64,000 nucleotides of DNA, taken from the NCBI GenBank assembly GCA_965262725.1, contig OZ253555.1:1504001-1568000 (forward strand), given 5' to 3'. Positions within the stretch are counted from its first letter, which is position 1, and every line of letters starts with the position of its first letter. Positions 1 to 9,839 of this stretch are shown one piece after another. The notes beneath the pieces were generated by a model, which did not search any database, was not told the DNA's origin, and saw only the letters and a list, made by a program, of their open reading frames with translations. The position numbers and the translations under genes were made by a program. This DNA comes from Dehalococcoidia bacterium. Its GTDB lineage: Bacteria; Chloroflexota; Dehalococcoidia; UBA2979.

Positions 1-3000
1 CCCGGTCAGCGCCTACAGAAGATCGCGGAAGCGGGCGGGTTCGACCAAGACTTGCTCGGGCGCCTGACGGAGTCTGGCGCTTGGGGCGACTGGCGGCTTC
101 ACGAGCACCAGGAGCGCGCCATTCGCGCTGCCTCGAGCGATCTAGGCGGCGCCGTCATGGTTTCTGCGGGCACTGGCGCTGGGAAGACGGAGAGCTTCCT
201 GTTGCCGCTCGTCGACCGGCTGTGGAGCGCGCCTCGCCGCGGTTCCGGCATGCGCGCGCTCATCCTCTACCCCATGAACGCTCTCGTCCGTGACCAGATG
301 GATCGCCTTGATGCGTGGCTTGGCGGTCAGTCCCGGCTCACCTATTTCCACTTCACGAGCGAGACACCCGAGACTGAGTCCGAGGCGGACCGGCGTGGGA
401 TAGCGAAGCAGTTCGCGAGCCGCGTTCGATCGCGGGACGAAGCGCGGCGCGCTCCTCCCGACATCTGCGTGACGAACTACTCGATGCTCGAGTACATGCT
501 CGCTAGGCCGCAGGACGCACCATTCTTCGGCGAGGGGCTCGAGGTCGTCGTCCTCGATGAGGCGCACCTCTACACGGGGACGCTCGCGAGCGAGATCATG
601 TTCCTGCTGCGCCGGGTGCTGCTCCGCTGCGGACTGACCGCGACGGACATCCTGCACCTCGCAACGTCGGCGACGCTCGGCGGCGACGACGACGAACTGC
701 GGGCGTTCCTCTCCCAGCTCACGGCCACGCCGCCCGGGCGCGCCTGCGTCATCCGGGGGCGACCTCAGCCGTCCGCGCCGCTGCCTGCGTCAGGCAGCGA
801 CCAACGTGCCGGAGCACTCGTGCAGCTCGATGGTAGGCTCCCTTCCAACGCTGGTGGGACCGATGTGTTGTCAATACTGGGGGCGGAGACTGACGACGAC
901 TCCGACGCGCCGATCGTGCTTGGTCGGCGGTTGGCGGACTGGCCCGCCACGGAGCGCCTGCGGTCCGCCCTGCACGCCGAGCCTGGAGTGCCACACCTTC
1001 TAGTCGAACTCGCCGAGAAGGTGTGGCCTCACGGCGGCAAATCGAATGTCGCTGCCACCGCCGCTCTGCTGCGCTGGACGTCAATAGCTCAATCGGGGCC
1101 GGACGCTCCGCTGCTCGCGCATCGGCTGCATCTGCCGCTGCGCGGCCCTGGCGGGTTGGGCCTCTGCCTCAACGGCGACTGCTCAGGCCCCGAGGAACGG
1201 CAGAAGACCGGATGCGGCGCTGTCCAGGATGCCCGTGGCGACCGATGCCGCTGGTGTTCCTCTGTCGTCCTGCCGATCGCGCGCTGCGAGGGCTGCGGGC
1301 TCGTGGTGCTCACCGCGCGGCAGCAACACGCGAGATTCGTGCCGGAACCCGTTCCTGGTCGCGGTACGAGGCGAACCGCGATGGAAGTGCGCGGCTTACT
1401 GCTCGGGTTCGCCGACCCTGCACCGGGGGCGGTGGAAGTGCTCCCGGACGGTTCGGTGGGAGGCGGAGGCGTGCGCCTGCGCCCCCTGCCGCCGCTCGAT
1501 GCTGACACGCCGTACGAGACGGGCTGCGCACACGAATTATTCGAGCCGCTCGCGCGCGGCGCCGGGTTGCTGCTGAGCGTGATCGCCGAGACATCTCTCG
1601 CCGCTATGCCGCCGGACAGCGACCCCGATCGCGCCCGCACGCGGCCCGCCGGGGGCAGGCGGCTGCTGGTGTTCAGTGACAGCCGCCGGGAGGCTGCCCG
1701 GCTCGGGCCGGCGCTCACCTGGGGCCATGAGGTGCAGCTAGTTCGGGCGGAGATCCTGCGGCTGATGGACGCTGCATCCCCGGACGATGTGTCTGCAACC
1801 CGCGAGTACCTCAAGTCTGACATTGCTCGCCTGCAGAATCTGCTGGAGCGGGATCCCCCATCATCGACGCGCCAACTCATCGAGCGGGACTTGGCTGACC
1901 GGGTGACGGACCTACGGGCGCACATCCTGGGCGGGCCCATGCACGACTGGGAGCGCGCCTTGGCCCGTTCGGACAAGCTCGCTGAGATCCTGTCGTTTGA
2001 CGGGGCGAGCATCCACCGGCGGGCCGAGTGGAGTGACGAGTCGTGGAGCGAGAATCACCGGGCGAACGGCAGGCGCGCCCGCGCGTTGCTGGCGCGTGAG
2101 TTCGTCGCCCCACCCGGTCGGAGCGCCGGCGCGTCGCTCGAGGCGCTGGGGCTGGCGCTCGTGGACTATCCGGAGCTGCGTGAACTGCCGCCGCCAACGC
2201 TCGGCCAGTTGCCGAGTACGATCCGCGAGCGTGCGGTCGAACAGTGGCCCCAGTTCGTCGCAGCCCTGCTCGACTCGCTTCGCGTTGACGGCGGGATTAC
2301 AACGGGCGAACAGGAACTCGACGACTACTACTCCGAGGACCATGCGCCGATCGGAAAGTGGATCAGCTTCGAAGGCCCGGACCGGCGCGACCGCGCCCGG
2401 TTCCGCGGCGCCACCTCGCGGCACAGGCGGAATGCCTTCCTCATCCGATTGCTGCTCGACTTCGGCGCGACGGGCGAGCAGCTGGATGAGTTCGAGCCGT
2501 TGCTGGCGCGCGCCGCCTTCGACTGGTTGCGAACCGCGGAGCCACGCCCCGAGTGGCTGGAGCGCCACCAGACCGAGCCCTGGTTCCGCGTGCGGTTCCC
2601 CGATCTCGCGCTGCGCAGGCCGGACGAGGTCTGGCTGGACGAGAGCCGCCTCATCGTCGGGTTCGTAGTGAATGGCCGCCATCCGCGGGGAACCGGCCGC
2701 TTCGTGCAGCGGAGGCAATCCGAGCTTGACGCCGATCCCCGCTTCCAGCGCCTGCGGTCGGAGCTCCGTGAGGAACCGTCGCTCCGTGTCGGCCTGTGGG
2801 CGGAGGAGCACTCCGCGCAGCTTTCGCCGGAAGAAGCGCGGCGTATTCAGGATCTCTTCGAGAGCGGGGTCCGCAACGTGCTGAGCTCGAGCACGACGAT
2901 GGAGCTGGGTGTCGACATCGGCGGCCTGAGCGGCGTCCTCATGACCAACACGCCGCCCAGCCGCGCCCGCTACCTACAGCGAGCCGGGCGCGCGGGACGG

Positions 3001-4941
3001 CGCGGCGAGGGAGCCTCGGTCACCCTGCTGTTCGCCCGCAACCAACCGTTCGACCAAGAAGTCTTCCGGAACTTCGCGCAGTATCTCAGTGCCCCGATGC
3101 GGCCCCCGTCGGTACTGCTCGAACGGGACCGTCTGTCGCTGCGGCACGCCTACTCGCACGTTCTCGGCAGCTTCTTCCGCGCGCTGTGGGAGCCGGGCCA
3201 GAGTACGAGCACCATGGGAGCGTTCCGTCAGATGGGGGACTTCACAGGCAGCCCGTCGACCGTGCGGTGGCGATCCGGCCCCAAACCCGGGATCAGCGAT
3301 CAGCCGCACCCGCCCGATCCCGCCTCGCCACCTGCCTGGTGGACCGCCGATGGCGGCCCACTCGAGGCACAGTTTCGGCGGTACATCGAGCACCTGGCCG
3401 GCCACCCGGGCGGGATCGCCGCCGACCTTCGGACCATCTTGTCCAACGCGAGAGCCGAGGAGCAGCTCGACGACTGGCCAAGATTCTGCGAGGAACTCCT
3501 CGACCGCTTCGACGAGTCGACCGCCGCATGGCGCGGCGAGTTCGACGAGTTCCTCGCCGCATGGGACCTGGCTGGGACAAGGCCGCTTGCTAACTTTCTC
3601 CACTTCCAGCTCGCCGAGCTGCGCGGGCGACCGGTGATCGCGCATCTCGCCGAGCACCAGTTCCTGCCTCGCTTCGGTTTCCCACTGGGAGTCCTGCAGC
3701 TTCGCATCGACACCGACCGGGCCAATGGTGATTCCTGGGCGCTCGATCGGTCCGGGGCGTTGGCGCTGCGGGAGTACGCGCCGGGTGCGAAGGTGCTGGC
3801 GGGTGGACGGCAGATCACCTCTCGCGGGCTCGTCAAGCACTGGGTCGGGGAAGACGAACAAGCGCTCGGTGCCCAGCGCCGCCTCCTGACGTGCTCCGAA
3901 GAACACTCGTATCTCTCAACCGGCGTCGCGCTGCACGATGAGTGCCCGTACTGCGGGGCAGCGCCGTCGGGGTCGGGAAACCAGGTCATCAGGGTCGCGC
4001 GCGGCTTCAAGACCGCGGCGTGGGATCCTCCGCGGCGCGCACGAGGAACGGAGCTCGTTGGCATGATCGAGGTCGTGCCGCCCGCCATCGGTCACGCGAT
4101 GTCCGGCGAGCACACGGATGTCGAGATCGAGTCCGTGCCCGGCCTCCGCGCGGTCCACCTCGAGGGTGCGCAGCTGATCACCCTCAATGCCGGGGAGCAC
4201 GGCTTCGGATTTCACATCTGCTATCGGTGCGGCTACGCGGGCTCCGAGCTTACGCGAGCGGCCACCGGGGCTCAGAACCTGCCGCCCGCGGCTCAGGATC
4301 ACTCGCCCCTCTGGATGCGCCGCCGCCGCCGCGCTTGCTGGACCCAGGGCGCGCTGTCTTCGTTCGCTCGCAACCGTGTCCTGCTGCACGAGGAGACGAC
4401 GGACGCGCTCGTGCTGGACTTCCGGGGCTGGAGTGTGGACCTGCGGGCAGAACGCGGTGCCCTGCTCGCCTGGGCTGCCGGATTGCCGCATGCGGTCGGG
4501 CAGACGCTCGACCTCGACGCCGGGGATGTCGCCGCCTCCCCGTACCCATTCAGCGACGGCGTGGGCATCATCCTCCACGACACGGCTGCGGGCGGCGCCG
4601 GCCATGTCTCCGAACTGCTGCGAGGCTCCATGGCGCGCGATGTCCTCGAAGCCCTCCGCGTCCGCCTGTACGTCGACGAGGCGCACAACGCCCGATGCGT
4701 GCAGGGCTGCCTCTCGTGCGTGTTGAGCTACGAGGCGCAGCACTTGGTCGAAGTCGGCCTCGATCGCCCGCGTGGGCTCGCGCTCCTCGACGCGCTCCTC
4801 TCGGGCGGCGCAGGCACCATGCCGGAGCCCAGCCCCGCGCCGGCCGATGGGACACCGATGCTGCAGCACGATGCGGAGGAACGGATAGCTCACGCTGCGG
4901 CGCGCAGACGCGGGCGATCCCGAAGGCGGACTTCAGGGTGA
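1..4941 (+). CDS. Large SF2 DEAD/DEAH helicase with Zn-binding inserts and C-terminal DUF1998 (Druantia DruE-like); 5' end probably lies outside the window
   Basis: Walker A AGTGAGKTE, LYPMNAL, LDEAH, SATLG, FSDSR, EHSAQ, TMELGVDIG, QRAGRAGR, C-terminal HDTAAGGAG and CVQGCLSC; frame is open from base 1. Confidence 0.85.
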   Translation, partial: PGQRLQKIAEAGGFDQDLLGRLTESGAWGDWRLHEHQERAIRAASSDLGGAVMVSAGTGAGKTESFLLPLVDRLWSAPRRGSGMRALILYPMNALVRDQMDRLDAWLGGQSRLTYFHFTSETPETESEADRRGIAKQFASRVRSRDEARRAPPDICVTNYSMLEYMLARPQDAPFFGEGLEVVVLDEAHLYTGTLASEIMFLLRRVLLRCGLTATDILHLATSATLGGDDDELRAFLSQLTATPPGRACVIRGRPQPSAPLPASGSDQRAGALVQLDGRLPSNAGGTDVLSILGAETDDDSDAPIVLGRRLADWPATERLRSALHAEPGVPHLLVELAEKVWPHGGKSNVAATAALLRWTSIAQSGPDAPLLAHRLHLPLRGPGGLGLCLNGDCSGPEERQKTGCGAVQDARGDRCRWCSSVVLPIARCEGCGLVVLTARQQHARFVPEPVPGRGTRRTAMEVRGLLLGFADPAPGAVEVLPDGSVGGGGVRLRPLPPLDADTPYETGCAHELFEPLARGAGLLLSVIAETSLAAMPPDSDPDRARTRPAGGRRLLVFSDSRREAARLGPALTWGHEVQLVRAEILRLMDAASPDDVSATREYLKSDIARLQNLLERDPPSSTRQLIERDLADRVTDLRAHILGGPMHDWERALARSDKLAEILSFDGASIHRRAEWSDESWSENHRANGRRARALLAREFVAPPGRSAGASLEALGLALVDYPELRELPPPTLGQLPSTIRERAVEQWPQFVAALLDSLRVDGGITTGEQELDDYYSEDHAPIGKWISFEGPDRRDRARFRGATSRHRRNAFLIRLLLDFGATGEQLDEFEPLLARAAFDWLRTAEPRPEWLERHQTEPWFRVRFPDLALRRPDEVWLDESRLIVGFVVNGRHPRGTGRFVQRRQSELDADPRFQRLRSELREEPSLRVGLWAEEHSAQLSPEEARRIQDLFESGVRNVLSSSTTMELGVDIGGLSGVLMTNTPPSRARYLQRAGRAGRRGEGASVTLLFARNQPFDQEVFRNFAQYLSAPMRPPSVLLERDRLSLRHAYSHVLGSFFRALWEPGQSTSTMGAFRQMGDFTGSPSTVRWRSGPKPGISDQPHPPDPASPPAWWTADGGPLEAQFRRYIEHLAGHPGGIAADLRTILSNARAEEQLDDWPRFCEELLDRFDESTAAWRGEFDEFLAAWDLAGTRPLANFLHFQLAELRGRPVIAHLAEHQFLPRFGFPLGVLQLRIDTDRANGDSWALDRSGALALREYAPGAKVLAGGRQITSRGLVKHWVGEDEQALGAQRRLLTCSEEHSYLSTGVALHDECPYCGAAPSGSGNQVIRVARGFKTAAWDPPRRARGTELVGMIEVVPPAIGHAMSGEHTDVEIESVPGLRAVHLEGAQLITLNAGEHGFGFHICYRCGYAGSELTRAATGAQNLPPAAQDHSPLWMRRRRRACWTQGALSSFARNRVLLHEETTDALVLDFRGWSVDLRAERGALLAWAAGLPHAVGQTLDLDAGDVAASPYPFSDGVGIILHDTAAGGAGHVSELLRGSMARDVLEALRVRLYVDEAHNARCVQGCLSCVLSYEAQHLVEVGLDRPRGLALLDALLSGGAGTMPEPSPAPADGTPMLQHDAEERIAHAAARRRGRSRRRTSG

Positions 4942-5330
4942 TCAACAGCCGTCGTGTAGTTGGCGGTATAGCCGTACCACCCTCCCAAAGCAGCGCTCAG
5001 AACGAGAGCGCCAGATACAACCTGGCACATCCCTTTTCCCTTTTCGCACGACCGCAGCTTCATACCGATGTTTGCCCGGTGGTGACACCAGACGGCAGCG
5101 GCAGAGCCAGTGCCAAGGGGCCTCGTCTCCGTAGGCATGCGTGGCGCAAGGGAGTGGTATGAGCCAGGACGGAACGTCATGTGAGTCCGTCATGTCAGGT
5201 TCAGAGAGGGCTCCAAGACGAGTTGGTGGCACAGGCTGGGACGGCTGGCGGCGAACTCAAAACCCGTTGGGGCCTCGAATTGTCGGCGACGGCAAACTGG
5301 CAAGAACACAATTGCTAAGGAAGGCAGCAA

Positions 5331-5519
5331 TTGGGGACCAGTTTGGGGATCAACACGGGGGCACAGGACGGTACGACAGGGGACGCGGAGTGACGGCGAC
5401 CGCTCGATTCACGATTGGAGCGGGACCAGATCGCACGTCCGGGGACCAATCAACACCGATTCTGGGGGCTTCATAAGCCCTTGGTCGCAGGTTCGAATCC
5501 TGCCCCTGCTACCAACCTT
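5331..5519 (+). repeat. attR-like site: tandem TGGGGA(T/C)CA arm repeats (5331-5354) plus a 50-bp copy of the 3' half of the tRNA(CAT) gene (5470-5519)
   Basis: 5470-5519 is the exact reverse complement of 27691-27740. Confidence 0.85.
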
Positions 5520-5841
5520 CGCGCTCTTGCTGGCCGCGTGCGATTCCGGGTCCGGGGACTCCTCGGCGAGCGCGCCCGCCGCGACTTCCGATGGCCCCAC
5601 CGGCGAGCTCTCCGCGAACGACGCGACGGAGGCAGAGCTCGTTTCGGCCTTCGAAGCAGCGGGTATCACCAACGCCAGCCAGTGGGCGCACGAGGTCGAG
5701 GAGTACCGCCCCTACCCGGCGGACGACCCCGACTTCGCCGCCGGCGGCCACCTGAACGAGCTGAGCTTCCACACCATCGCCTTGTACGCGTTCGAAGAAA
5801 ATGAATGGCGTGACAGATCGCCAGATCCCCGATCGGAGTAG
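5518..5841 (+). pseudogene. 5'-truncated lipoprotein gene fragment
   Basis: FALLLAAC lipobox directly abuts the att core with no N-terminal start; followed by a Ser/Ala linker and SANDATEAEL...EVEEYRPYP. Confidence 0.5.
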
Positions 5842-5889
5842 GGACCGAATGGCACGTCCGGGGAGTACGCGAGACGACTTCTCGAGACC

Positions 5890-6630
5890 TCAGATTGTTA
5901 GTCGCGGGCCCAGCTCCCGAAGCCGGTCGCGGCGGCGGAGGTAGTCCGTCACCGCTTGCGCGACGATGGCCCAGTACTCGGACGTGTGGCCCCGGACGCG
6001 CAGATGGGCGAGTTCGTGAGCGACGATGTAGTCGATGATCGCGGGCGGGGCCATGATGACGCGCCAGTTGAAGCGCAGCGTCCCGTCAGGGGAGCAACTC
6101 GCCCAGCGCTTGCGCTGACCCCGGATCAGAGTCGCCTTCGGATGGACGCCGAGGAGGCCTGCCATTCGCTCGATACGGGGCGGGAGCTCCAGGGCGGCGC
6201 GTTCGCGGTACCACGCCTCGAATGCGGCGCGTACGGTCACTATCCGCTCTTCGCCCCGCACGGTCCGCGGCACACCCACATCGAAGTGCCAGTGGCGAAA
6301 GCGGATTGCGACCCCATCGTCGTCGGTCGGATGGACGGTCATCGCCACGGACCGCCCTAGGTACGGGAGCGACTCCCCGCTCACAAACCGCCGAGGCGGC
6401 GGAGCGGCAGACGCCGCGCCGTCGTGCCGCATGATCCACCGTGCGCGGCGCCGCACGGCCGCTTCGAGATGGTCGGCCGGCGTGTCGGCCGGCGCCGCCA
6501 CGGTGACCGATCCTGGCTCATCGACTGTGATCTGGATCGTCTTGCGCCGCCTCCGGCTGCGGACGACCTGGTAGCGGATCCGGGCGTCGCCGAAGTCGAC
6601 CTCGCCACGCTCTGTCATGCGAGGCGTCAC
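5890..6630 (-). CDS. M48/YgjP (DUF45) family metallopeptidase of the type I R-M-associated kind
   Basis: SGESLPYLG, RWASCS, IDYIVAHELAH (HExxH); GTG start overlaps the stop of the hsdR remnant. Confidence 0.85.
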   Translation of the reverse strand: MTPRMTERGEVDFGDARIRYQVVRSRRRRKTIQITVDEPGSVTVAAPADTPADHLEAAVRRRARWIMRHDGAASAAPPPRRFVSGESLPYLGRSVAMTVHPTDDDGVAIRFRHWHFDVGVPRTVRGEERIVTVRAAFEAWYRERAALELPPRIERMAGLLGVHPKATLIRGQRKRWASCSPDGTLRFNWRVIMAPPAIIDYIVAHELAHLRVRGHTSEYWAIVAQAVTDYLRRRDRLRELGPRLTI

Positions 6631-6779
6631 CGTGCCACCTCAACGACCTGTCTGAAGAGCTCGTCGAGATCGCCCTCGTCGTAGCGGTTGGTTCGGCGGA
6701 GCAGCCGCTTGATGTCGCGTCGCATCTCCTGCTGGACATCGAGGTGCTCGCGCCAGTCGATGATCGAGCGATGCTGTTG
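6627..6779 (-). pseudogene. hsdR: C-terminal remnant of type I restriction subunit HsdR
   Basis: Manual translation ...SIIDWREHLDVQQEMRRDIKRLLRR...DELFRQVVEVAR*, resembling the HsdR C-terminus, coupled to the M48 gene. Confidence 0.65.
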
Positions 6780-6784
6780 GCGTG

Positions 6785-7768
6785 TCACGGCAGAATCTCT
6801 CTCAGTACAGCCGCTTGTGTTTCGGTCGCCCGCATGTTCTGGAGGTCTCGGCGAATCGCGGCTGCAGGGTCCTCCTGATCCGCTTGCAGGACGCGGACGA
6901 TGGCCTCGAACGGCGCCGAAGCGAGTTCAGCGAGAGCGGGCATGGCCGCGATCTCCTCGGGGGAGATTCCTCTGCGGTCCCGATACCCAGCGAGGAACCC
7001 GCGGGCAAAGACCGGCCGCAGGACTCGAGAGCCTCGTCGCTCACGCCCGAAGCTGAGAACGCCGCGGACGATGTCTGACGCCCGCGGGCCACGTTCCAGC
7101 TTGTCGAAGTCAAGCAACGCGACCATGCCATCGTCCCTGAAGAGTGTGTTTCGCCCGTGGTAGTCGTTGTGCAGCCAGCCAGTTGGCAGGGCATCGAGGA
7201 GCCCGGAAGGCAGTGAGACCGAGATGGCCTCGAGTCGCCGCCGGTAGCGCCGGAACTCGGGCTCCAGCGGCGAGCTGCCGAACGCGCGCCGGAGTTCGTC
7301 CACCACCTCGCGTGGTGTCGCCACGAAGCGACGCACGTCTTCCTCCACGTGCGAGGCCTTGGCGGCAGCAACGAAGCGGTCGGCCAGGTCGTGGAACTCG
7401 GCGAGGCGACGTCCGGCTTCCCGCGCCTGGTCGAGTCGCGCAAAGTCGAAGTGCTCGCCGTCCACGAGCTCGAAGAGGGTCCATGGGAACCCTTCTTCGT
7501 CCACCACGACAGGGTCGGCGGTCCTCGATTCGATGACGCGCGCGACCGGGAAACCGAGCGCGTCGAGGTGCTGCTGGAACCGAATCTGGAACCGCACTCG
7601 CTCGGGATCGCGATTGCGCCGGTACCTCCGGACCGCGAACGAACGCCCGCGCGAGTCGACGACACGCAAGTTGTCGTTGCGGGTGCCCGCGTCGAATGCC
7701 CCAACGAACCGCGGCTGGTCGAGCGCGTAGCGGGCGAGCACCGAGGTTAGGGCGGCTGGTGAATCCAC
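6785..7768 (-). CDS. Phosphotransferase (APH / type II homoserine kinase-like)
   Basis: GTRNDN, LHNDYHGRN and LDFD kinase motifs. Confidence 0.8.
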   Translation of the reverse strand: MDSPAALTSVLARYALDQPRFVGAFDAGTRNDNLRVVDSRGRSFAVRRYRRNRDPERVRFQIRFQQHLDALGFPVARVIESRTADPVVVDEEGFPWTLFELVDGEHFDFARLDQAREAGRRLAEFHDLADRFVAAAKASHVEEDVRRFVATPREVVDELRRAFGSSPLEPEFRRYRRRLEAISVSLPSGLLDALPTGWLHNDYHGRNTLFRDDGMVALLDFDKLERGPRASDIVRGVLSFGRERRGSRVLRPVFARGFLAGYRDRRGISPEEIAAMPALAELASAPFEAIVRVLQADQEDPAAAIRRDLQNMRATETQAAVLREILP

Positions 7769-8236
7769 GGCTGTTCGGTGTCGCTCCCATCAGGATCGTC
7801 TACAGGTTAGGGCTGCCGCGTGCATCGCCCAACGGGAGGTCGTACTCCCGAGAGGACCACACCGTGGTGGCGTGGTTCTGGTCGCGTGCGCACCGAGGTG
7901 CCGCCTGCAGCAGTCTCAACGGGACGGAACCATCAGGGCTGTCGCCCTCCAACCACAGCTCCGTCAAGCCCGTGAGCTCTCCCCGAGAAGGCCGCCCAGG
8001 GGCTCCGATCGTGATGCTCCGCCACATATAGCCTCGGTGAGCACGAGGCCGAACTGTACGGGGCGGAGGCGAGGAGTCTTCAGCGCGCAGTGACCTCGAG
8101 CGAGCATTGAGCCGACACCGGCATCGATGGGGACACACACTGAGAAGGCACAGGCGGTCCTAGGAGTGGTGGACGAGTGTCGATCTGCTCCTGCTCAAGG
8201 GGCGTGCGGGGCGATGTCGGCAGCAGAGGGTGAACA

Positions 8237-8674
8237 GTGATGCCCGGTGACCTCGTCCAGCTAGACCGAGTAGACGTCATGTATGTGCGCGAGTACGGGA
8301 AGCCGAGCGAAGAGGCCTTCGCTGAATTGGAAGAGGTGGTGGGGCTGAAAGGAAGGCGCTTCTACGGGGTCGTCAACGAGGGTGCCGGGCAGTACCGGGC
8401 ATGCGTCCGACGCCGGAAGCAAGACGACCCCTCCAGTCTTGGCCTCAGAACAGGCGCTATCGAGGGTGGACTGTACGCATTTGAACGGCTGATCGGCGAC
8501 TACAAGGCCCTGATCGCCCTCATCGGCCCTACGTTCGAGGGAATGCGCGCCCGGCATCCCGTCGACTCGTCAAGGCCCTCTATCGAGTTCTATCGTCGGC
8601 ACGACGAGATCGTGCTGTACCTTCCCGTTTCTGAATCGGAATCTAGCGGGATAGCAGGTCAGACTGGGGACTAG
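8237..8674 (+). CDS. GyrI-like small-molecule-binding protein
   Basis: AFAELEE, FYG, IEGGLYA, RPSIEFYRR..LYLPV pattern. Confidence 0.65.
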   Translation: MMPGDLVQLDRVDVMYVREYGKPSEEAFAELEEVVGLKGRRFYGVVNEGAGQYRACVRRRKQDDPSSLGLRTGAIEGGLYAFERLIGDYKALIALIGPTFEGMRARHPVDSSRPSIEFYRRHDEIVLYLPVSESESSGIAGQTGD

Positions 8675-8833
8675 TGGCCGCCTGTGTGCGGGCTCGAGCG
8701 GAACACCAAGCAGCGCCGCACATCCACGAGGCCGGCAGCGGCGTGAGTCACCGCAAGCCGCGTTCAGCAGCCACAGCGACGCCTATGCGCGGGTACTGAA
8801 CCCGGAGCCGCTCGGTGTGTAAGGATTCTCCGT

Positions 8834-9760
8834 GTGAACGTGAGTCCCCCGCCCGCCGGGCTGTCTCGACGAGTCGCGAGGCTCATGGGCTCGGCGGTCG
8901 AGTCCGGTTGTCCGGCCGCGGGTGGGTACACCCCTGCCGAGCGTTGGTCTCTGACCCTTGCGGACGGGCGGCGTGTCTTCGCCAAGACCGGCGCAGACAC
9001 ACCGCAGTCTGCGGTCGCCAGCTGGCTGCGTCGCGAACACCAGGCCTACCGAGACATCTCCGCACCCTTCATGCCGGCGCTGCTTGGATGGGACGACGAC
9101 GGTCGTCACCCCTTGCTCCTCCTGGAGGAGCTCAGTCACGGGAAATGGCCCCCTCCATGGAGTGCAGAGCAGATTGCCGCGGTCCGATCCACCGTGGAGG
9201 ACGTTGCGCGGACGCGACCACCGGTGTGGGCTGAGGACATCGAGGAACGAGAGCGAGGGCACCTCTCCGGGTGGCTCCGAGTTCGGGAGGACCCCGCCCC
9301 CTTCCTCAGCCTGGGGCTCAGCGACGAACGGTGGCTGCGCACGTGTCTCCCAGCCCTCATCGAGTCGGCCGAGTCGGCACAACTCGATGGCGGCTCGCTC
9401 GTTCACTTCGACGTGCGCAGCGACAACCTCTGCTTCGTGAACGACGATGTCCACCGACGCGTGACGCTCGTCGACTGGAACTGGTGCGGACGCGGGAGTC
9501 CGTTGCTCGACCTCATGTCATGGCTCCCGAGCCTGCATTCCGAGGGAGGACCAGCCCCGTGGGACATGGTCGAGGAATCCAGGGGTTTCGCAGCGCTGCT
9601 CAGTGGGTACTTCGCGGCACAAGCCGGGCTGCCACCGACCGGCAGCGGCACACGGGGCCGACAGTTGCAGCTGGCCTGCCTCCGCAGCGCTCTTCCGTGG
9701 GCAATTCGAGAACTTCGGTTACCGGAACCACCTATCGAGCGATCATCGGTCCCTGACTAG
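8834..9760 (+). CDS. Aminoglycoside phosphotransferase-family kinase
   Basis: GGYTPA, VFAK, LVHFDVRSDN, LVDWNW. Confidence 0.8.
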   Translation: MNVSPPPAGLSRRVARLMGSAVESGCPAAGGYTPAERWSLTLADGRRVFAKTGADTPQSAVASWLRREHQAYRDISAPFMPALLGWDDDGRHPLLLLEELSHGKWPPPWSAEQIAAVRSTVEDVARTRPPVWAEDIEERERGHLSGWLRVREDPAPFLSLGLSDERWLRTCLPALIESAESAQLDGGSLVHFDVRSDNLCFVNDDVHRRVTLVDWNWCGRGSPLLDLMSWLPSLHSEGGPAPWDMVEESRGFAALLSGYFAAQAGLPPTGSGTRGRQLQLACLRSALPWAIRELRLPEPPIERSSVPD

Positions 9761-9839
9761 GAATGGTGCGGGTGGGAATGATGCTTACATCTGGCCCCAC
9801 TTTGATCCTCTGATCTGGCCCCACCCCCGGGGACCGGGA

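Noticed and set aside
7744-7813. AGGTTAGGGC occurring twice, resembling an integron GTTRRRY core
   Set aside because: No matching attC palindrome, no integrase, and one copy lies inside a CDS
6785-9760. Antibiotic resistance genes
   Set aside because: APH-fold and GyrI-like motifs alone do not establish a resistance function
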